DNA of 64,000 bases from an uncultured Granulosicoccaceae bacterium (GTDB taxonomy: Bacteria; Pseudomonadota; Gammaproteobacteria; Granulosicoccales; Granulosicoccaceae). The stretch lies in assembly GCA_964435305.1 (NCBI GenBank), contig CAYSZH010000003.1, positions 3,585-67,584 on the forward strand, given 5' to 3'. This document shows positions 1 through 10,755 of the stretch, one piece after another. The notes beneath the pieces are model-generated. The model saw only the letters and a list, made by a program, of their open reading frames with translations. It searched no databases and was not told the DNA's origin. Within the stretch, counting starts at the first letter, position 1; each line of letters starts with the position of its first letter. A program made the translations under genes and the position numbers.

Positions 1-999
1 TTCCAGAGAGTCAAATTCTGCGATGCCATTGAGATGTTGCCCAACACCAAAATACCATTGACCAACACGTGATTCTTCCACTGGCATTTTGATATCCGGA
101 TCAACTATTGATGGCAATACTCCTGCTGCACCAAGCGACCTGCAGTACAAAACGTCCACAAGGCATTTCCGTAAATACTGAACGTTATTGATGGCCTGAT
201 GCACACAACCGATCTGTGAGCCCTCAAATTGATGCTCTGCGCAGGCAAAACTTATGAATTCATCAAGTGCTGTTGGACGGCCTATAAAAAACCCCTGCCC
301 TTCTTCACAGCCATTAGCCATAAGAAAGTAGTATGCCGCAGCAGACTCGATACCCTCTGCTACCGAAGTCATACGAAGCTCTCTTGCCATGGAGATCGAA
401 GACTTAACCACATTCAGGTTTTGGCGTGATGTTCCCATACGGCGCACAACACCCTGATCGAGCTTTAATGATGAAAACGGCAGCTGACTTAAGCGATCAA
501 TAGAAGAATACCCAGTACCAAAATCATCCATCAAGACATGAATGCCGAGCTTATTGAGCTTGATTAGATCTTCTTGAATCTGCTCAACATTGCCCATTGC
601 GGCACTTTCTGTGATTTCGATTTGTAATTCAGATGCCTCAATACGGCCATTCTTAAGATAATGCTCAATGCGCTGACTGATAATATTGGATTCGAGATCG
701 TTGGGTGCTACGTTCATCGATATAGCCATGCCCGGGCAAGCTTTGCGCACCTGCCCCACAGCATCCACAACAAGGTCAAGCAGTTTAATTGTTAAATCAT
801 GCAGTAAGCCTAATTGCTCAGCCAAGGGCATAAACACATCTGGCGGGACAATATCACCTTCAGGATCATTCCAGCGAACCAGTGCTTCAGCGCCAATGAC
901 CTCACCGCTAATCAAACTCACTTTGGGCTGGTAATACATAACCAACTCATCATTTGCGATAGCACGCTCAAGTGCTGGCTGAGTTATTTGGGCTGCCAT
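1..999 (-). CDS. EAL-domain c-di-GMP phosphodiesterase with C-terminal CZB-like segment (partial, runs off left edge)
   Basis: Absent from the ORF track because no stop lies in the window. Manual translation from ATG 999 gives MAAQITQPALERAIANDELVMYYQPKVSL..GAEALVRW..DDFGTGYSS..LKLD..VAEGIE..GQGFFIGRP, the full EAL motif set. Confidence 0.9.
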   Translation of the reverse strand, partial: MAAQITQPALERAIANDELVMYYQPKVSLISGEVIGAEALVRWNDPEGDIVPPDVFMPLAEQLGLLHDLTIKLLDLVVDAVGQVRKACPGMAISMNVAPNDLESNIISQRIEHYLKNGRIEASELQIEITESAAMGNVEQIQEDLIKLNKLGIHVLMDDFGTGYSSIDRLSQLPFSSLKLDQGVVRRMGTSRQNLNVVKSSISMARELRMTSVAEGIESAAAYYFLMANGCEEGQGFFIGRPTALDEFISFACAEHQFEGSQIGCVHQAINNVQYLRKCLVDVLYCRSLGAAGVLPSIVDPDIKMPVEESRVGQWYFGVGQHLNGIAEFDSLE

Positions 1000-1009
1000 A
1001 TTAGGAAGC

Positions 1010-3949
1010 TTATCGGTTATGTATAGCTAAAAATCGCGACTGGAATGCATCCTTTGCACTTTGTTTGACAGGGTTTGCAGCGTACCACTGCTGCTCTAGC
1101 TCAGACAGAGCGACACGCTTGTCCACAACCGATGAACTGGTCATGCCTTCACTTAGTTGCGCTAACTGATATTGCATGCGCAATGCCTTATCTTCGGCAG
1201 GTGTTTCCTTATCGGCCATAATTTCCATACGGATCAACAACTCGCGCCGTGCAGCCTCAGCCTTTTCATAGTCGTACTGCGTACCATTCTCAAGGTGTTG
1301 CAATGCAGTGTCACGTCGAGCAACAAGCTTTGCACTGATATCACGTGATAGCGATGCCTCACTGGCATCCCATGCCTGAACAACATCATCTTTTAACAAG
1401 TCACCTGCACTTGAAGGCATTTCCACTGCAGACTCAAGCTGTTCGCACAGCTCAACAAGCCTTGCAATCTCTTCTTTTTCAACCTGAACACGTCGCTTTG
1501 CAGCACTTTCCTGTAACTTGCCACAGGCATCCATTGCCGCACGAAAGTCTCGCTTAAGAAATTTTTTATCTTTTTCGGGAAATTCTTCAAGCGCTAAAAA
1601 TTCGGTTTGTAGTGCCTGTATTTTTTGTTCTTCGTAGGTTTTGCTTTTGGCAATCTGTTTGAGCGCTTTTATAATATCTTTTGCTCGGAACACATGGCTC
1701 ATGCTCGCCTGATATTTCTCACGCTCAGCCGCATGTTGATGCTTGAAGATAGTGCGACAATGACCGTTAAATACATCCCATAATGCCTGGTCGTCTTTCC
1801 GCCGCATTATCCCAACTTGTTTCCAGGCACTTTGCAAGCGCTTGGCCTGATTGGCACTGTGCTGATTAATATCAGCGTCAGCCAGCTTTTGAATTTTATC
1901 GACCAGCTCTTGTTTGAGTAAAGCGTTAGCTTCATATTGTGTCGCAAGCTTTTCTTCCAGCGGTTTCAATACTTCCGAAAATCGCTTTTCCAATGCGACA
2001 TCAGGCTTTCTATCCTGAATCCGATTTCGACTCCAATCGCGTTTCGCATGATTAACAGCCGACTGAATTTTCTTCCATTCGACGTTTTCCCAGCCCGCGC
2101 TTTCCTTTTCTATACCCTCGTGTAGCACTTGTAGCTGATCACATACCTTGGCCTTGGTTTGCAACTTGGTATCGCGTTCTGACTGTTTTTGTTCGAAGTG
2201 ACTTCGGCAAGGCTCATAGGCCAAATCGCCAGCGTCTTTAAAACGAGACCACAGCTCATTAGCTGCTCGGCTAACCCCCAATGACTTCCAGTTAGCTTGT
2301 AATTTTTTAATCTCTTTTGCCAATGCTTCAGGCTTTAATTCTTTAGCCGGCAAGTTTTCCATTTCTGTACAGAGCGCTTCCAACTTAGGACGTGACGCAA
2401 AATCTTGCCAATCTGCCATTTCGTCCAATTGCTTTTCAGCACGAGCCAACTTGTCACTGAGCGTTGCACGCTCGCCTGTCTCCATCGCGTTTACTTTTTT
2501 CTGCAGACGCCTGAACATACTACTGGCGGGCCCCCACTTTCCTTCTGCAACAATGCCAGAAAGGGCTGCAAATTGACGGTGTGTTGCCTTGATCCTATCA
2601 GCGGACTCCTGTTTCGCCTTATCCAGACGGTTGGTTAAGGCCTCATGGTGAGCATCAAGCTCTTGAACATACTGTGTCGATTTAACCGACAAACCTGGCA
2701 ATAGATTATCAGTATCGAGCAAGGTCTTTACTCGTTTGATACGAGCAGCCAATGCTTGCGGCCGCCCTTTGGAAAGATCGTACGGCGGGTCAAACATGAC
2801 AGCGACTGCAGCGATATGCGAGATCAGCTTTTTGGAACCTTCGCCAGAGACCTCTTTATGCTGCTCCGTAAAAGCGACAAGCCCGTCTGGCTTGACAGCC
2901 GCTACAGAATCCAACAATGCCGTAAGCTCGTCATCCATTGGCAGGGGTGTTGGACTGCTTGCAGCTTTTGACTCTGAAGGGCGTTTCTTATCACTGGCTG
3001 AGTTATCTATAGAGGAGTTTACAGTTGTGGCACCGGCAGTGTTGTCAGCTGTATTTGCGTCTGAATTTTCAATGTCAGCACCGCTTGCGCTGACATCGTT
3101 GTTATTGACTGCAACTTCAGTTTTATTCTGTTCGGCATCATGCGCATCAATCAGTGCTTGTACTTTTTCTTCAGCCTGACTGAATTGAGCTTGGCTTGAC
3201 GCGGTAAGGCCACTATCAATACTGTGCCATTTCTCGACCAAGGCTGTACGTTTACTGGCAGTTTGAGGAGACCAGACTGCAGCAGCCAAGGCTTGCATCG
3301 ACTCAAGGTTTGTCGTTACGCTCTGCACCGCTGCTATGTGTGCAGCCTCTTCCGCGGCTTTTTGATCCAGCTGCAATTGCATTTGTTTGGCGACCACTTT
3401 ATCCCGCGTTTTACAGGCTGTTAGCGCTGCGCGAATATTGTCATGCTGTTTTAGCTTGCTCGCGGCGGTTAATCGCGCATCATGAAACCGGGATTTTTGA
3501 ACAACATTAAGTAAATCGGTTTCTTCACCAAGTGAATCAATCGCCTTTTTACGCAGGCTTTCAATCGCACTGTGGTTTGCAAACACAAGCGCTCTTTGTT
3601 TGTCATCGGTATTAAGAAATAAATTCGCATCCTGTTCGCTCAAAGCGCTGTCAACCAGTAAGGATTCCAATCTTAAATTGGCGGCTGCTACGACTTTGGC
3701 CGACGTTGAGCTTTGCGCACTAACGGGCTCACTTTTCCCGCTGTTCTCTCCAAGCAGTTTATTAAGCAACGCTGCATCGGACACATACGCGACCGCAGCC
3801 ACCCGCACAGACTCTTCCTGATCATCACAAGCGAGCTGTTCGAGAATCTGTCGATCACCCGCTTGTGTAAGATCCAGAGCACCCATGCTGTCGATACGCA
3901 CTTGCGGGTCTTTATGTGTATGCCTGTCAGGCTTCAGAAAATTTTTCAC
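1010..3949 (-). CDS. DUF349 domain-containing coiled-coil protein
   Basis: 979 aa; repeated K.LQ..WK..G......LW..F units typical of DUF349; low-complexity linker; C-terminal RM.YQL..L..GM motif. Confidence 0.8.
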   Translation of the reverse strand: MKNFLKPDRHTHKDPQVRIDSMGALDLTQAGDRQILEQLACDDQEESVRVAAVAYVSDAALLNKLLGENSGKSEPVSAQSSTSAKVVAAANLRLESLLVDSALSEQDANLFLNTDDKQRALVFANHSAIESLRKKAIDSLGEETDLLNVVQKSRFHDARLTAASKLKQHDNIRAALTACKTRDKVVAKQMQLQLDQKAAEEAAHIAAVQSVTTNLESMQALAAAVWSPQTASKRTALVEKWHSIDSGLTASSQAQFSQAEEKVQALIDAHDAEQNKTEVAVNNNDVSASGADIENSDANTADNTAGATTVNSSIDNSASDKKRPSESKAASSPTPLPMDDELTALLDSVAAVKPDGLVAFTEQHKEVSGEGSKKLISHIAAVAVMFDPPYDLSKGRPQALAARIKRVKTLLDTDNLLPGLSVKSTQYVQELDAHHEALTNRLDKAKQESADRIKATHRQFAALSGIVAEGKWGPASSMFRRLQKKVNAMETGERATLSDKLARAEKQLDEMADWQDFASRPKLEALCTEMENLPAKELKPEALAKEIKKLQANWKSLGVSRAANELWSRFKDAGDLAYEPCRSHFEQKQSERDTKLQTKAKVCDQLQVLHEGIEKESAGWENVEWKKIQSAVNHAKRDWSRNRIQDRKPDVALEKRFSEVLKPLEEKLATQYEANALLKQELVDKIQKLADADINQHSANQAKRLQSAWKQVGIMRRKDDQALWDVFNGHCRTIFKHQHAAEREKYQASMSHVFRAKDIIKALKQIAKSKTYEEQKIQALQTEFLALEEFPEKDKKFLKRDFRAAMDACGKLQESAAKRRVQVEKEEIARLVELCEQLESAVEMPSSAGDLLKDDVVQAWDASEASLSRDISAKLVARRDTALQHLENGTQYDYEKAEAARRELLIRMEIMADKETPAEDKALRMQYQLAQLSEGMTSSSVVDKRVALSELEQQWYAANPVKQSAKDAFQSRFLAIHNR

Positions 3950-3990
3950 ACGAAATTGCAGATTGGGGTTTAATCAACCGGATGAGAGCA

Positions 3991-6336
3991 TTATAACAAC
4001 AGAGCTGTTGACTGCGATGGCTCTATAGTACCGGATTGAGTACCGAATTGACGCCGTATTCTTACCAGCCCAAATAGGGCTAAAACCACGCTAAATGGGG
4101 CGCTCAGCCAGCCACCACCGACTCTGACCTTACTGTTTACAGTTTCAGCCACAACGACATCGTCGTCAACGTTCAAATTTTGAACCGAATCGGGCGGGAT
4201 TTGGACAACTTCAACTTCGGCGGCAAACACGTCATAAGGATCCTTTGGCGATTCCACAGCCTGAGGATTCGGCAACGGATTGTTTTCATTTTTACCGGGA
4301 AGAGATTCCGGTAGGGTAGCTTGAAACGTATCGCTTTGAGCAGTATCAGGCGCTGAACTCTCCGTTTGCACAGCATCGGTCTGCGCAAGCACAATGTCGC
4401 TCACCCGATACTCTAACGTATACTCACTGCGCTGCTGCCCGGTCAGTGTCATGAATATTGTCGATTCCGTTTCTACATCAAGCACACAGGCCTGTGATTC
4501 ACCAGCTTCAATATTGGTTGAGCACAGAACGCGATTCTTATTTTGGGCAGAAGCAGGCGCAGCTTCACTTATATACAACTCAACGTTCTCCGCAGCAGAC
4601 ACCTGTACTGTCAAGCTACCTGATAGCGGCGGCGTCACGTAGTTATCCCACGCCCCATTTTCAAGCACGGTAGCAACACGTTGGCCTGCTTCAACAACCG
4701 GTTGGCCAAGTTTTATCGTAACGCCTTTAGACGGCACACCCGCATCATTCACGACAAAGAGTAAGTAATGACCTGGAGGTGCCGCATGCCGACTGGCAGG
4801 AAAAACCAAATTAAGTTGGTTCTGGTCTTGTGAAAATGTCAGAGGTACCAAACGCTGATCCTGATTCTCAGAATGTGTCGCAGACCCAAGCTTGATCAGA
4901 TGCGCCTTTTGAATTCGCGTATCGTTGGCAATGGAAACAGTAACGGCTTCATCATAGTTTGCCAGGTGTGGAACTTGAAACAGCGCAGGTCGAATTGCCG
5001 GGGTGGAATCTTCAGCAAACAGGTAAGCCGGTGTAAAGATTTCGGCGTTTCGCTCCTCGTAACCTGCTGCATAGCAATCGCCACAGATACCGCCACCTGC
5101 GGATAAGACCCGTCCATCTGGCAGCAACAACGCTACAGAGTGATACTGACGATCAGCGCGCATCGGATTCTGCGTAGTCCAGGTATTGTTTTGAGGGTTC
5201 CATACTTCAGGTATAAAAACACCACCATTGTTGCTGTAAAACTCGGTGCCATCATCGTTTCCACCTGTTACAAGCACCGATCCGTCGGCCAATATAGTGA
5301 GGTTATGTTGGCGTCGACCGATGTTCATATTGCCTGCGCTGCTGGTTTGATGCGTCGAGGTGTCGATGACAATAGCCGATTGCGTCGCATCCGCTCCGCC
5401 TGCAACCAGGATTTTGCCCACGTCATACATGGCATAGCTACCATAGTCACGCAGCTTGATATCATCACGTGCAGATTTTTGTTCTATCTGACCTGTACCT
5501 TCCGTGCGAATGTCAGCAAGAAAGTTTTCTGGCCCAAAAGAGAGCACAGTCCCTTCTGGTGTTTGCTGCATCCATTGATAATCGCCACTGAGAAATTCAT
5601 CGCTCATGGATTCAGGTAAATCAAAAGGCAAAGCTCGCCAGGTTTGATCAAACTGAAATACTTCGGCTATAGGGGTTGGCGTATAGCTTCCACCAAAGGT
5701 CAGCAATTCACCGTTACTCAATGCGGCAACAGAGGAATACCAACGCGGCGCATTCATATTTGCCGTTCGATGCCAGGTATTACTTGTGGGGTTATAGATA
5801 TTGCTATTGGACAATGGGCCGTTGGCACCCGCCCGGCCACCATCACCGCCAGCGAATACAACGCGGCCGTCCCATAAATGCGCAGAGCCAGCGCAGAACA
5901 AATCGGTATCTGTGTCGTTATTGGTTGCTGTATGGGTGTTAGTTATTGGATCCCACAGCGTTACACGCGTGGTGTAATTTTCAGTGGTGTGCGGATCATC
6001 ATCAGAATCATCAGGTGTTGCATCCCATGCCAACACTTTACCGTTAAACAGCAAATTGGCATGCACAGCAACCAAAGGCCAATCGTAAACAGGAGACCAT
6101 TGACCACCCAGGGAAGGCGCCATCACTTGATCGGCTGGATCATTAACAATTCTTGCACGACGTGACAGAGTCTCAAAAGATGTGATGGCTGTCACATCTG
6201 CATGTTCTTGCTCATGCGCAACTGCCGTGACGCCAATAGCCGCAAAAACCAGGGTGATCGTACTGATACAAACAGCGAATCCAGCGTCAGGTCGCTTTAG
6301 TAGCTTTCTGGAAGCTTCAGAGCGTCGTATTCGCAT
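3991..6336 (-). CDS. Galactose oxidase-like copper radical oxidase (AA5, kelch + DUF1929) with GlyGly-CTERM-like anchor
   Basis: Motifs LFCAG, RWYSS, RQYHS and ATHS; signal-like N-terminus ending AVA-HEQEH; C-terminal GGG + hydrophobic helix + RIRR. Start uncertain (ORF open to 6561). Confidence 0.85.
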   Translation of the reverse strand: MRIRRSEASRKLLKRPDAGFAVCISTITLVFAAIGVTAVAHEQEHADVTAITSFETLSRRARIVNDPADQVMAPSLGGQWSPVYDWPLVAVHANLLFNGKVLAWDATPDDSDDDPHTTENYTTRVTLWDPITNTHTATNNDTDTDLFCAGSAHLWDGRVVFAGGDGGRAGANGPLSNSNIYNPTSNTWHRTANMNAPRWYSSVAALSNGELLTFGGSYTPTPIAEVFQFDQTWRALPFDLPESMSDEFLSGDYQWMQQTPEGTVLSFGPENFLADIRTEGTGQIEQKSARDDIKLRDYGSYAMYDVGKILVAGGADATQSAIVIDTSTHQTSSAGNMNIGRRQHNLTILADGSVLVTGGNDDGTEFYSNNGGVFIPEVWNPQNNTWTTQNPMRADRQYHSVALLLPDGRVLSAGGGICGDCYAAGYEERNAEIFTPAYLFAEDSTPAIRPALFQVPHLANYDEAVTVSIANDTRIQKAHLIKLGSATHSENQDQRLVPLTFSQDQNQLNLVFPASRHAAPPGHYLLFVVNDAGVPSKGVTIKLGQPVVEAGQRVATVLENGAWDNYVTPPLSGSLTVQVSAAENVELYISEAAPASAQNKNRVLCSTNIEAGESQACVLDVETESTIFMTLTGQQRSEYTLEYRVSDIVLAQTDAVQTESSAPDTAQSDTFQATLPESLPGKNENNPLPNPQAVESPKDPYDVFAAEVEVVQIPPDSVQNLNVDDDVVVAETVNSKVRVGGGWLSAPFSVVLALFGLVRIRRQFGTQSGTIEPSQSTALLL

Positions 6337-6672
6337 GCAAAGCGCAATAGGTCTGCACAGCGCAGAAAACAGCGCAGCCTTGTTTTTCAGGAATGGAACA
6401 AAAGAATGTAAAGAAATGGCTAGCATAGTTTTGCAGTAATCGATAACGCGTTTATTTGCTGAAAAAGCAACACCTGACGAGCTTACATTGATATGAAGCA
6501 TTACCCGAGATATCCGTCTAAAATGCAAACTCGTGCAAGGCCGAATTGCGGCGCCGTCCACAAAGCCTGATCATGTGCGCTTTTTAGCTAAGGAGCAGCT
6601 ACTTCAAACAGCAGCATGAATATTTTTGGCCGATACCGTTAGAAATAATATCAAAACTATTTTCGCTGCTTT

Positions 6673-7602
6673 ATGACAATTCCTGCACATCCTATCGCGG
6701 TTGCCACCCTGAGCGATCTGCCAGCTGTTTTGACACAATTAGAAACCATTCTGCTTGGCAAACGTGCCCAGCTGGAGCTTGCGGTTGCATGCTTGCTAGC
6801 TGAAGGGCATCTGCTGATAGAAGATGTCCCAGGCACCGGCAAAACCACCCTAGCACAAGCACTTAGCGCTTCATTTGCATTGCCTTGGTCGCGAGTGCAA
6901 TTCACCAGTGATTTGTTGCCGGCGGATATCGTGGGTGTGTCGATATTCGATTCAAGCGCACAGGAGTTTAATTTTAAACCGGGCCCTGTATTCACCAGCG
7001 TGCTACTGGCCGATGAAATCAATCGAGCACCACCAAAAGCACAAAGTGCGCTGTTGGAGGCCATGGAAGAGCGCCAGGTTTCAGTTGATGGTACAACGCA
7101 TTCATTACCTGAAAACTTCTTTGTTATCGCCACACAAAATCCGACAGAGCAACTCGGCGCATTTCCTTTACCAGAATCTCAACTTGATCGCTTCTTGTTG
7201 GGTATATCGCTTGGTCATCCAGAACCGGATGTGGAAAGGGCCTTACTGGAGCAAGGTGATACTAGAGAACAAATTACACAACTAAATGCCAGCGCTACAC
7301 CGCGTCAGCTGAGGCAATGGATAGATGATGCCGCTAATGTTCATATGTCCGACACGCTCTACGATTATCTACTTGCCCTAATCGTGCAGTCACGCAAACA
7401 ATCACAAGGCTTAAGTTCACGTGCCGGGCTAAATCTTGTAAAAGTTTGCCGCGCTATGGCCCTGGTGCAGGGTCGCAACCATGTTTTGCCAGATGATGTC
7501 TATCAGGTTTTCCCAGCCTTGGCCGGACACCGACTTACAGGCAAAGTAGGTAGCGGTAAAGAGGCAGCGCTGGAACTGCTACAACATGTGACTTCACCCT
7601 AA
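6673..7602 (+). CDS. MoxR-family AAA+ ATPase
   Basis: EDVPGTGKT, RVQFTSDLLPAD, LADEINRA, ATQNP..GAFPLPESQLDRF. Confidence 0.95.
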   Translation: MTIPAHPIAVATLSDLPAVLTQLETILLGKRAQLELAVACLLAEGHLLIEDVPGTGKTTLAQALSASFALPWSRVQFTSDLLPADIVGVSIFDSSAQEFNFKPGPVFTSVLLADEINRAPPKAQSALLEAMEERQVSVDGTTHSLPENFFVIATQNPTEQLGAFPLPESQLDRFLLGISLGHPEPDVERALLEQGDTREQITQLNASATPRQLRQWIDDAANVHMSDTLYDYLLALIVQSRKQSQGLSSRAGLNLVKVCRAMALVQGRNHVLPDDVYQVFPALAGHRLTGKVGSGKEAALELLQHVTSP

Positions 7603-7699
7603 ATTATCACAACACAGACAGCACCATTTACACATCCAAAAATTATTTTCTCGTGCTTACAGTGATTATTTATGAATTGAACGACAAGGTATCTGGCTC

Positions 7700-8668
7700 A
7701 TGACAAGTGCTACAGCATCTTCTCTGCCGTCGGTGAAACAAAGGCTATTCAGAACACGAGCTGAAGATACACTGCCGATTAAAATCGAGCATCAACGTGT
7801 TTACATTCTACCTACACGGCGCGGACTGGCTTATATTGTCTGCCTATTGTTCATGTTAGTCACCTCTGTTAACTACGCATTGAGTCTGGGTTACGCCTTA
7901 TGCTTTTTACTGACTGGCATGTTTGCAGCCAGTTTACTGCACACATACAGAAACATGGCAGGCATCACCGTAGAACAGATTCACTCAAGCCCAACCTTTT
8001 GCGGGAGCAAGGCCAACTTCACAATCGACTACTGCAATGAACAGCCATTCGACCGCTTTGGCATCATGGCAAAAACTATAGACTCTAGCTCTGCAAGCGA
8101 TGTGTCAGCCAATGCAAGTAGCACCGTAAAATTATCCTTACCTGCTGAAGAACGTGGCTACCTCAAGCTTGGACGTATCACGTTAACAAGCACTTATCCG
8201 TTAGGCTTATGGCGCACTTGGTGTTATGTGCATAGTGATTGCCATGCTCTGGTCTACCCTACACCCGAAACGGACCCGCCTCCAATGCCAGTCAACTCCA
8301 AAGCAGGTGAGGGCGAACAGCGGCGCATTGAGAAACAGGGTGACATTGCAGGCTTACGCTCATACATACCAGGAGATTCGCCCTCAGCCATTGCCTGGAA
8401 AGCAGCAGCCAGAGGGCAAGGGCTTAAATCCAAATTATTTGATTCAGATTCTGGTGGTGGAGAAACAGAACTCACACCTACATCCACGCAATTGAGCAAT
8501 ACAGAAGCGCAATTGTCTCGATTATGCGCATGGGTTCTGCACGCGGAAAGCGCGCAGCTTAACTACTCATTGCTCCTGCCTGAACAAAGTAACTTCCCTG
8601 AGCAAGCACAGACACAGAAGGACCAAGCCTTAACGCAACTTGCTCTGTTCAAAGTGAGATTAAGTTAG
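7700..8668 (+). CDS. DUF58 domain protein
   Basis: N-terminal YILPT + two TM helices; YPLGL; LRSYIPGD..AIAWKAAAR; sits between MoxR and transglutaminase. Confidence 0.9.
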   Translation: MTSATASSLPSVKQRLFRTRAEDTLPIKIEHQRVYILPTRRGLAYIVCLLFMLVTSVNYALSLGYALCFLLTGMFAASLLHTYRNMAGITVEQIHSSPTFCGSKANFTIDYCNEQPFDRFGIMAKTIDSSSASDVSANASSTVKLSLPAEERGYLKLGRITLTSTYPLGLWRTWCYVHSDCHALVYPTPETDPPPMPVNSKAGEGEQRRIEKQGDIAGLRSYIPGDSPSAIAWKAAARGQGLKSKLFDSDSGGGETELTPTSTQLSNTEAQLSRLCAWVLHAESAQLNYSLLLPEQSNFPEQAQTQKDQALTQLALFKVRLS

Positions 8669-10755
8669 TGCCATTCAAGCCTCTCGCATTTATAAAAAGG
8701 CGCAAAGCACCTGCTACAAGTTTGCCAATGAACAAAACGACCATTCATGCTTTGGCCGCATTGCTGTTTCTGGCACAACTACCCCATTTACTGCACTTAC
8801 CTTTCTGGGTGAGCGTGCTTGGCATGAGCGTTGTCACACTAAAATTAGTAGAGTCCAAATATCATCAGCATCGTATCATCAAGCTGATACTGTCCTCAGG
8901 GGGTATGACTTTAATAGCCGTAGGCAGCGCCTTACTTATTCGACTCCACTTTGGCTATTTTATGGGCCGCGACCCCTGCGTTGCATTCTTGTTTATTCTG
9001 GTTTCGGCCAAATTTGCTGAAATAAGAAAACCCGGTGACGCCACTTTATTGCTATGCCTGGCCGGTTTTTTACTGCTGACGCAATACTTTTACTCACAAT
9101 CCATTCTTTCAGCAATCATTACCCTGCCCGCTGTCGCAGCATTAGGCAACGCTTTGATGGTGTTGCGAGACCCTGGCAACAGTCGAGCATTTAAAAGCAA
9201 TTTAAAAGTGGTCGGTAAACTATTAATACAAGGCACACCACTGGCCTTACTCCTGTTTGTGGTATTCCCAAGATTACCAGGGCCGCTTTGGAGTTTACCC
9301 GACGATGCTGTCGCCAAAACCGGCCTCTCAGACTCCATGTCTCCCGGCACCATTGGCAATTTATCACAATCGGATGAAGTGGCTTTTCGTGTTGAATTTG
9401 AAGGCGCTATACCTCATCGGAATCAACGCTATTGGCGCGGACCAGTACTGAGTGTTTTTGATGGGCGCAGCTGGACCTTAGCCGAATCTCAAATATCTGT
9501 TCGTCCAACAACAGATCGACAAGCCGGTATTGGCTATAGCGTGATGTTGCAACCCAATAAGCAAAAATGGCTGTTTGCTCTTGACTATGCCACATCCCGC
9601 CCTCGCTCAATTGCGGCAAACGCAAACGATTCTCGTGTACTTGCAACAATGACATCCGATTTGCAATTACTCAGCCGCTCAGCGGTAACCCGGGTTACGC
9701 GATACGCTCAACGATCATCGCTATCAGACCGATTTGTGCCAGTTCGTCGCCCAAGCAGCTTACTCACTCAAACAGCAGGTGTTAACATTAGAACAATCGC
9801 ATTCGCAAAAGAATTACGCGAAAAATCTTCAAGCGATACGGCTTATGTACAAGCCGTGTTGAACTGGTTCAATCAGGAAAAATTTCACTACACACTGCAA
9901 CCTTCTTTGCTTGGAAGCCAGCCGGTGGATGAATTCTTGTTCGATACGCGCACCGGTTTTTGTGAACATTACTCGTCCGCGTTTGTCGTGCTTATGAGAG
10001 CGGCTGGTATACCCGCACGTGTTGTTACAGGCTATCTCGGTGGTGAGATGAATGAAGACTATATGATCGTACGACAATCCGATGCCCACGCCTGGGCCGA
10101 GGTGTTTATCAATGGCGCATGGCAACGCTACGACCCAACCGGTGCCGTGGCACCGTCACGTGTTGATTCAAGTTTGGCAGCGGCCTTAGCTGATGGCGAA
10201 CCCTTACCCTTGATGGCCAGGGCAGGCAATGACTGGTTAAAACGTCTGCGCTTGAATATGGACAAGATGAACCATGACTGGCAAAGGCTGGTGGTGGATT
10301 TCAACAACGAGTCGCAATTGGGCTTTTGGAAAAATATTGGGCTACCACGACCACAACTCTGGCAAATCACTTTAATTGTTATCGTGATCTCAGCACTTTG
10401 GTGTCTGGCGGTATTGGGTGTACCGTTTATAAAACGTAAAAACCAATCGGCCACCGACCGTCTCTGGGAAAGATTTGTCGATACAGTAAATCGTTACGGC
10501 GTTACTCGTGGCGCTATTGAACCGCCAGCTGAATTTGTTCATCGCGCGGCGAGTGCGGCAGGACGAGCCCAGTCAGATATTGCCCACATTGGGACAACAT
10601 TAATCCAAATGCGATTTGAAGCCACAAGCACATCTACAAGAGATGAGAACAAACCCATGCAGAAACAACAGCGCGACTTGTCCCGCCGCCTGTTCTGGAT
10701 AAATCTGTCCAGCGCGCTATGGCAGAGCAGGTTCTTCAGACATCTCAAGGTGTAG
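8668..10755 (+). CDS. Transglutaminase-like membrane protein (TgpA/DUF3488 family)
   Basis: Multi-TM N-terminus; catalytic triad motifs GFCEHY, HAWAEV, RYDPT; RVVTGYLGGE. Confidence 0.92.
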   Translation: MPFKPLAFIKRRKAPATSLPMNKTTIHALAALLFLAQLPHLLHLPFWVSVLGMSVVTLKLVESKYHQHRIIKLILSSGGMTLIAVGSALLIRLHFGYFMGRDPCVAFLFILVSAKFAEIRKPGDATLLLCLAGFLLLTQYFYSQSILSAIITLPAVAALGNALMVLRDPGNSRAFKSNLKVVGKLLIQGTPLALLLFVVFPRLPGPLWSLPDDAVAKTGLSDSMSPGTIGNLSQSDEVAFRVEFEGAIPHRNQRYWRGPVLSVFDGRSWTLAESQISVRPTTDRQAGIGYSVMLQPNKQKWLFALDYATSRPRSIAANANDSRVLATMTSDLQLLSRSAVTRVTRYAQRSSLSDRFVPVRRPSSLLTQTAGVNIRTIAFAKELREKSSSDTAYVQAVLNWFNQEKFHYTLQPSLLGSQPVDEFLFDTRTGFCEHYSSAFVVLMRAAGIPARVVTGYLGGEMNEDYMIVRQSDAHAWAEVFINGAWQRYDPTGAVAPSRVDSSLAAALADGEPLPLMARAGNDWLKRLRLNMDKMNHDWQRLVVDFNNESQLGFWKNIGLPRPQLWQITLIVIVISALWCLAVLGVPFIKRKNQSATDRLWERFVDTVNRYGVTRGAIEPPAEFVHRAASAAGRAQSDIAHIGTTLIQMRFEATSTSTRDENKPMQKQQRDLSRRLFWINLSSALWQSRFFRHLKV

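Noticed and set aside
6673-10755. MoxR-DUF58-transglutaminase as a novel system
   Set aside because: Widespread, already described gene trio; nothing atypical seen
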